Shown here in pieces: positions 58,394 to 64,000 of a stretch of DNA of 64,000 bases (position 1 is the first letter of the stretch; each line of letters opens with the position of its first letter). The notes beneath the pieces were generated by a model that saw nothing but the letters and a program-made list of their open reading frames with translations, did not search any database and was not told the origin of the DNA. Source of the DNA: Acidobacteriota bacterium. Its GTDB lineage: Bacteria; Acidobacteriota; UBA890; WLXD01. Position numbers and translations under genes: made by a program. The stretch is taken from assembly GCA_965248695.1 (NCBI GenBank), contig CBDFKD010000002.1, positions 3,712,001 through 3,776,000 on the forward strand, in the 5' to 3' direction.

Positions 58394-59687
58394 GACCCTC
58401 GCTACGGCAGCAGATCGACGCTATCGCCGACGTGCGCTGGTGGCACCCAGCATGGCGTAGTCTAATCTGGGGTACTTCGTGCCTGGCGGTCACTGGCGGC
58501 GCGCCCTCGGCACGGCGCCAGCAGCTGTACCGGCGTGCCAACGGCGGCCCCGCCTCCGACACCTTCATGGCGCGGGATGCCGGCAACCGATACCACGGGA
58601 GCGATATCGCTGCCGTGGCAGCCCGAGCCGTGGTCGGAGCGGCGGCCGCCATCGAGCGACTGGACTGGCTGCAGACGCGACAACCGGGGCAGACGTTGCA
58701 GGCGGTGGTGCGCTGGAGCGACGGCTGGTTGGAGCCCCATCGGCTGACGTCCGACGAGGCACGGACAGCGTTCTTCGTCGCCCCTCGGGGAATCTACCGA
58801 GCGAAGGTAGAACCCGCGTCGTTGCTTGCGGTGGCGTCCTGTTTGGCGAGCGACCTGGCCAGCGAGGCGGCGTTGCTAGCCGGGATACTCGAGTCGGTGG
58901 ACACCCAGGCTGCCGGCGCCGCGCGTGCGGCGGTCGTCGTCAGCTTGTTGCCGCAGCGCATCCCCGACGCCCGGCACCTACATCGATCGGCGTGGAGCCG
59001 CGGAGGCGGGCCGTGGCTCGGTGTGGGCTTCGCTGCAGATCTCGATGTGGTCTCGACCTGTCATCTGGGGGTCGACGGGTTCGGCCACGCGCTGTTGACG
59101 GATGGGATCTGCGCCCGGATCGCCGACCAGGCGCCCGCCCTGACGCAACGCCTGCGCGCCGCTGACGATCGTTGGTCGGCGCCGCGGGGCGACACGGCTT
59201 GCGAGTCGGCGGAGCCAGATCTGCTGGGGTTCGCGGCCCGCGATCTCCCCGATGGTGCCGGGCGTTTCGCCCACCAGGCCTATGCCATGGGCCGGGCGCT
59301 GGGACGCTTCCTCAACACCGACCGCGTCGGCGACGGCGCTCCACCGGCGCGGTTCTCGCCCACCTTTCAAGTTCCTGTGGCTCCAGCGAGCTCCGACGGG
59401 GGCTTTCTTCGTGATGCCGACGTGTTCCACGGCCTGCTGTCGGTGCGCAAGAGCGAGGCCGGCTTCGAGCCGCTATCGGCCTTTGAAGCCCGGTTGCCTG
59501 ATTGGATCGAACGCGAGCGGCATGGTGAGGGCGTGCTGAGCCGAATCGGTCTGGCGATCGCCGGCTCGCCGCTGCCGCGCGCAGCCAAGCTGCGCCTGTT
59601 GCGCAGTCGCCGGGAGCCGAGCCCTTGGTTGCCGCCAGTCGAGGTGCTCTGCGGTCGAGGACGGCTGTCGAGCTTGCGCTTTCCGAG

Positions 59688-61091
59688 GAGTTATTTGCAA
59701 ATGTTGTGGATCGGTGGATTTGTTCAGGCGGCGTCTTCGCTAGCGATCAGGTGAACTCCATCGACGAATGTGGCGCCCTCGAGTACGAGGGCAGTGAGGT
59801 GAGGAGCGTTGATGCGGCGCCATCGTTGCTGTGCCATCTCCAGGAGCTTGAATGCCATCGTCAGCGCCTTGGTGCGTGAGCCGGCGCCCTTGGTGACGCG
59901 TTGTCTCAGGCGTACGGTGGCGAACGCCGACTCGATCGGGTTGGCCGTGCGCAGATGAACCCAGTGGTCGGCGGGGAAGTCGTAGAACGTCAGCAGCTTG
60001 TCGGAGTCGCGTTGCAACGACGCCACGGCCTTGGAGTACTTGGCGCCGTAGTCGGCTGCGAACCGCGCCATGCCCTCCTGAGCATCCTCGCGCGTTGGCG
60101 CACCGATGATCTCGTGCAGCGCGCGCTTGGCTTTGGCCTGCAGCCGCCTCGGTAGCTTGTCGAGCACGTTGCCAAGCCGATGCACCCAGCATCGTTGCTC
60201 TCGAGTCTGGGGCCATACATCCCGCACCGCCGCCCAGAACCCCAGCGCCCCATCACCCACTGCCACGAGCGGCGCCCGCATGCCTCGACGCTTCAGCTCC
60301 CGGAGCACGAACGCCCAGCTCTCGGTGCTCTCTCGATACCCGTCCTCGACCGCGATGAGCTCCTTGGTTCCGTCCGGCAAAACGCCCAGGATCACCAGCG
60401 TGCACAGCCGATCATCCTCGAGTCGAATGTTGAAGTGCACACCGTCCGCCCACACGTATACGTACTGCTTGGTGGACAGATCCAGCTTCCGGAATGCCTC
60501 GTACTCCGTGCTCCAGGCGTTCGTCAGCCGGCAGATCGCCGATGCCGACAGCCCGCTGGCTTCCTGTCCCAGTAAGATCGGCAGCGCCTCCTTGAAGTCG
60601 CCCGTCGACAGGCCCCGCAGGTACAGCACCGGCAGCACCTCCGCCACCTTCGGCGAGCGCCGCATGTAGGGCGGCAGGATCCGACTGCTGAACCGCTGCC
60701 TCAGTCCCTGCTCGTCGAGCCGCTTGTCGTTGACCCGTGGCGCGGCTACTTGCACCGTCCCGCACCCCAACGTGATCTTGCGTGCGCGAGCCCGACCGTT
60801 GCGTACCACTTGCCGACGGCCGGCTTCATCCAGTTGCCCGGCGTGGCTCTGGATATACTCCTGAACCTCCCACTCCAGTGCTGTTGCCAGCATCTGCAGC
60901 GCGCCCTGCCGGGCGAGCTCATCGACGTCCAGTGTCAGCTGTCCTTCCTCCGCGTCCGATCCACCGATAATCTTGAGCACGGGTGGCGTCTCCTTCCCGG
61001 CCTCCACAGCCGGCTGCTGGTTGTTGATGATCCCAGCGAAGGTTACGCCGCCTTTCTTTTTCCTCCCATCCACAACTTCCGGTTATATCTC
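59688..61091 (-). mobile_element. IS256-family insertion sequence, 1404 bp, with 9-bp TSD CTTTCCGAG
   Basis: Imperfect TIRs GAG-N12-GTTGTGGAT; direct repeats at 59679-59687 and 61092-61100. Confidence 0.93.
59724..60980 (-). CDS. IS256 transposase
   Basis: AAGGAG before GTG 60980; RNG, LYLRGLSTGDF, WADG, GDGALGFW, QRCWVH, T.NPIES. Confidence 0.93.
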   Translation of the reverse strand: MLKIIGGSDAEEGQLTLDVDELARQGALQMLATALEWEVQEYIQSHAGQLDEAGRRQVVRNGRARARKITLGCGTVQVAAPRVNDKRLDEQGLRQRFSSRILPPYMRRSPKVAEVLPVLYLRGLSTGDFKEALPILLGQEASGLSASAICRLTNAWSTEYEAFRKLDLSTKQYVYVWADGVHFNIRLEDDRLCTLVILGVLPDGTKELIAVEDGYRESTESWAFVLRELKRRGMRAPLVAVGDGALGFWAAVRDVWPQTREQRCWVHRLGNVLDKLPRRLQAKAKRALHEIIGAPTREDAQEGMARFAADYGAKYSKAVASLQRDSDKLLTFYDFPADHWVHLRTANPIESAFATVRLRQRVTKGAGSRTKALTMAFKLLEMAQQRWRRINAPHLTALVLEGATFVDGVHLIASEDAA

Positions 61092-61373
61092 CTTTCCGAG
61101 CGCAGATCAGCCCTCGGCGCCAGTCTATGCGGCGTCGGCCCCGTCCCTGTCGCCGAGCGCCATCGACCCGCGCGGCGGTGTGGTGCTGACGCTGGTCCAT
61201 CATCGATCCGGGTGCACCGTGAGCGCGTTGGGAAGCGGCCTGGCGTCGACGTCGACCGGGGCCAAGGCCTTCCTCGAGATCTGGCTGGAGGAACTTGCGC
61301 GCTCGATGGCGGTCGCTGGGAGCAGCTGCGGTGACAGCTTCCGCGGGCCCGCGCCGTCTTGCCGGTGAACGTG

Positions 61374-61465
61374 CTAGCAGGCCGTGGTGAAAGTGTGGTG
61401 GGTCTGGCGACAGGACCTGCGCCTCGCAAAACCCGACCCACCACACTTTCGCCACGGCCTGCTAG
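61374..61465. mobile_element. Short CTAG-flanked palindromic MITE (family B)
   Basis: CTAG + 27-bp TIR CAGGCCGTGG(T/C)GAAAGTGTGGTGGGTC (1 mismatch) + CTAG. Confidence 0.75.
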
Positions 61466-61573
61466 TGAGCCATCTCTCGTGCTTTCGTCAGACCGCACAC
61501 AGCCGGCTGGCTACCCCGCAGGAGATGCTGCTGGATTCAGACCGTACGATCGCCGGTCCACGCCACGTATATG

Positions 61574-61702
61574 CTAGTGGCCTGTAGCAGATGATCGCCG
61601 CCATCCTGTGGACAGATGGGCAGTTGCGAGTCTCGATGTTGCTTGATCTTACCCGCAAATCCCATCTGCGATAGGCAACGATCATCTGTTACAGGTCATT
61701 GG
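61574..61702. mobile_element. Internally deleted MITE (family A)
   Basis: CTAG-TGGCCTGTAGCAGATGA ... CCCGCAAATCCCATCTGCGATAGGCAACGATCATCTGTTACAGGTCA. Confidence 0.8.
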
Positions 61703-61821
61703 CACGATCCGCGAGCCAGCTTTCTACCTCGAACAGTGACATCAGACCTTGTTGGGGGCGACGTGGGCGAGCGAGCCTGGCAGTACCGGGAGCAGTTGCT
61801 TCCGCAGGGGACACTAGAGCC

Positions 61822-63600
61822 ATGAGCGTACGACACGACGTGGTGATCGTCGGTGGAGGTGGTGCGGGGCTACGGGCGGCCATCGCCATCGCCGAAATCA
61901 ACCCCAGCCTCAGCGTCGCGCTGGTAAGCAAGGTCTACCCGATGCGCAGCCATACAGTGGCAGCTGAAGGCGGTGCCGCAGCAGTCATCAAGGGCAACGA
62001 CAGCCTCGAAGATCATTTTCGGGACACCGTCGGCGGCAGTGACTGGCTGGCCGATCAGGACGCGGTTGAACTGTTCGTGAACGAGGCGCCGGCCGAGATG
62101 ACCCAGCTGGAACACTGGGGCTGTCCTTGGAACCGTGAAGCGGACGGCACCGTCGCAGTGCGTCCATTCGGAGGGATGAAGATCGAGCGGACATGGTTTG
62201 CCGCCGACAAGACCGGCTTTCACATGTTGCACGCGCTGTATCAGACATCTCTCAAGTACAGCCCGATCACGAGCTATAACGAATCGTTCGCGACCAAGAT
62301 CCTGGTGGAGAACGGACGTTGCCAGGGCGTCAGCGCGCTCGATCTGCAGACTGGCAGGGTGGAGACGATTCTTGGTGCCGCCGTCATCCTCTGCACCGGC
62401 GGGGCCGGGAGGGTGTTCGAATTCACCACCAACGGGGCGATCAAGACCGGCGACGGGATGGCGATGGCTTACCGCGCCGGAGTCCCGCTCAAGGACATGG
62501 AGTTCATCCAATACCACCCGACCGGCCTACCCTGGACCGGTATCCTCATCACCGAGGCCGCGCGGGGAGAGGGAGGGATCCTCGTAAACAAGGCGGGGTA
62601 TCGATACTTGCAAGACCACGATCTGGGAACACCACTCGAGGTCACCGACCCCGAGCACCCGGTGAAGAAGAGCATGGAACTGGGTCCTCGCGATCGACTC
62701 AGTCAAGCGTTCGTCAAGGAAATGGAGCAAGGTCGTACGATTCCGGGGCCGCACGGAGATGTCGTCCATCTCGACATTCGACACCTCGGTGCAAAGAAGA
62801 TCGACAAGAAGCTGCCGTTCGTGCGCGAGCTGGCCAAGAACTACGCCGGCATCGATCCGGTGGAGGAGCCCATTCCCGTGCGCCCCGTCATCCACTACAT
62901 CATGGGCGGTGTCGACACCGACACCGACGCCGCCACGTCGCTGCCGGGATTGTTCGCGGCGGGCGAGGTCGCCTGCGTGTCGATCAACGGGGCGAATCGC
63001 CTGGGCTCCAACTCGCTGACCGAGCTGCTCGTCTTCGGCGCCCGTGCCGGACGGGCGGCGGCTATCTTTGCGACCCAGAACCCTGACCTCGACGTCGAAG
63101 CGCTGGAGCGGCAGGGCGCCGACGAGCAGGACCGCATTGCTCGGGAGTTCATTCGCAAGGAGGGCGGTAGGGAGAGGATCGTTACGTTACGCAAAGAGAT
63201 GAACGCGACGATGGAAAGCGGCGCCGGCATCTACCGTACTGAACCGAGCCTCAAAGATTCCTGCGACAAGCTGTTGGAACTGAGGCAGCGCTTCTCGAAT
63301 CTCTTGATCGAAGACAGAAGCCTGACCTTCAATACCGAGCTCACCTCCGCTCTCGAGCTCGACTTCATGCTCGACGTGGCGCTGGTTATCGCTCAGAGTG
63401 CCCTGGCACGGACCGAAAGCCGCGGCTCGCACCAGCGCACCGATCACCCCGATCGCGACGACGAGAACTTCCTCAAGCACACCCTCGCGCTCCGCACCGA
63501 CGACGGAGTTCGCACCGACTACAAGGATGTGGTCATCACCAAGTGGCCACCGGAAGAACGTGTGTACGGCAGACAGGCATCGAGAGCAGACAGGACCTGA
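61822..63600 (+). CDS. frdA: Fumarate reductase / succinate dehydrogenase flavoprotein subunit
   Basis: [17 protein letters not shown] (FrdA-type covalent FAD site), [22 protein letters not shown]. Confidence 0.9.
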   Translation: MSVRHDVVIVGGGGAGLRAAIAIAEINPSLSVALVSKVYPMRSHTVAAEGGAAAVIKGNDSLEDHFRDTVGGSDWLADQDAVELFVNEAPAEMTQLEHWGCPWNREADGTVAVRPFGGMKIERTWFAADKTGFHMLHALYQTSLKYSPITSYNESFATKILVENGRCQGVSALDLQTGRVETILGAAVILCTGGAGRVFEFTTNGAIKTGDGMAMAYRAGVPLKDMEFIQYHPTGLPWTGILITEAARGEGGILVNKAGYRYLQDHDLGTPLEVTDPEHPVKKSMELGPRDRLSQAFVKEMEQGRTIPGPHGDVVHLDIRHLGAKKIDKKLPFVRELAKNYAGIDPVEEPIPVRPVIHYIMGGVDTDTDAATSLPGLFAAGEVACVSINGANRLGSNSLTELLVFGARAGRAAAIFATQNPDLDVEALERQGADEQDRIAREFIRKEGGRERIVTLRKEMNATMESGAGIYRTEPSLKDSCDKLLELRQRFSNLLIEDRSLTFNTELTSALELDFMLDVALVIAQSALARTESRGSHQRTDHPDRDDENFLKHTLALRTDDGVRTDYKDVVITKWPPEERVYGRQASRADRT

Positions 63601-63602
63601 CC

Positions 63603-64000
63603 ATGGCCAAGACGATGGAGCTCGAGATCTTCCGGTACCGCCCTGAGCAAGAAACCGAGCCCACCTTCCAGACTTACGAGATTCCGTTTCACGAGGAGTG
63701 GGTCGTTCTCGACGCCATCAACTACGTCAAGGACGAGATCGACGGCACGCTCTCGTACCGCTGGTCGTGTCGGATGGGCGTGTGCGGAAGCTGCGGCATG
63801 ACGGTGAACGGCGTGCCGAAGCTCAGCTGCGCCGTCTTTCTGAAGGACTACTACCCGGACAAGATCCGGGTCGAACCGCTCGACGGCTTCCCAGTCAAGC
63901 GGGACCTCGTGTTCGGGATGGATGACTTCATTGCCAAGCTGCAGAGCGTCAATCCGTGGATCGTCCGCAAAGAAGGGGAAGAAAAGCCGATCGAGGCAGG
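63603..64000 (+). CDS. frdB: Fumarate reductase / succinate dehydrogenase Fe-S subunit, partial
   Basis: [38 protein letters not shown]; runs off the window. Confidence 0.9.
   Translation, partial: MAKTMELEIFRYRPEQETEPTFQTYEIPFHEEWVVLDAINYVKDEIDGTLSYRWSCRMGVCGSCGMTVNGVPKLSCAVFLKDYYPDKIRVEPLDGFPVKRDLVFGMDDFIAKLQSVNPWIVRKEGEEKPIEA

Larger units (their letters stand above)
58390..61368 (+). pseudogene. CoA-dependent acyltransferase/condensation-like protein interrupted by IS256
   Basis: STCHLGVDG (HxxxDG); removing 59688-61100 restores the frame SLRFPS-ADQPSAPVYA... to the stop at 61368. Confidence 0.7.

Noticed and set aside
1-64000. CRISPR array, tRNA or rRNA genes
   Set aside because: No regularly spaced direct repeats with unique spacers, no cas genes, and no cloverleaf or rRNA signature seen; the repeats are dispersed palindromes.

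Overview
GC-rich (roughly 65-70% by eye) bacterial chromosome segment. The gene style (STAS anti-anti-sigma factor, HEAT-cyclophilin, OmpA barrel, DUF5777) suggests a diderm such as Acidobacteriota; this is inference. It carries a near-complete futalosine menaquinone cluster (mqnP/ubiX/mqnL/mqnE/mqnA/mqnC plus mqnD, no mqnB), pabABC, trkAH, ddl, pcm, pruA, fur, alkA, kynureninase, a GGDEF/HD-GYP protein, a Ser/Thr kinase and frdAB. Two complete insertion sequences are present: an IS3-family element with no target duplication joining two unrelated truncated genes, and an IS256-family element with a 9-bp TSD splitting an HxxxDG acyltransferase-like gene. Features the ORF track misses: (1) a lipoprotein/TlpA-type selenoprotein with an in-frame UGA in a UxxC motif and a SECIS-like hairpin; (2) a dense family of about 290-bp, highly structured, CTAG-flanked MITEs and remnants that sit on stop codons and show concerted changes in both arms of the outer stem; (3) a cytochrome c-beta-barrel fusion next to a secreted CX4CH cytochrome; (4) an HExxH protein starting with the beta-clamp motif QLSLF; (5) several single lesions (an amber codon in kynureninase, frameshifts) that may be real or assembly errors. 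All calls come from reading motifs by eye; no database searches were run.
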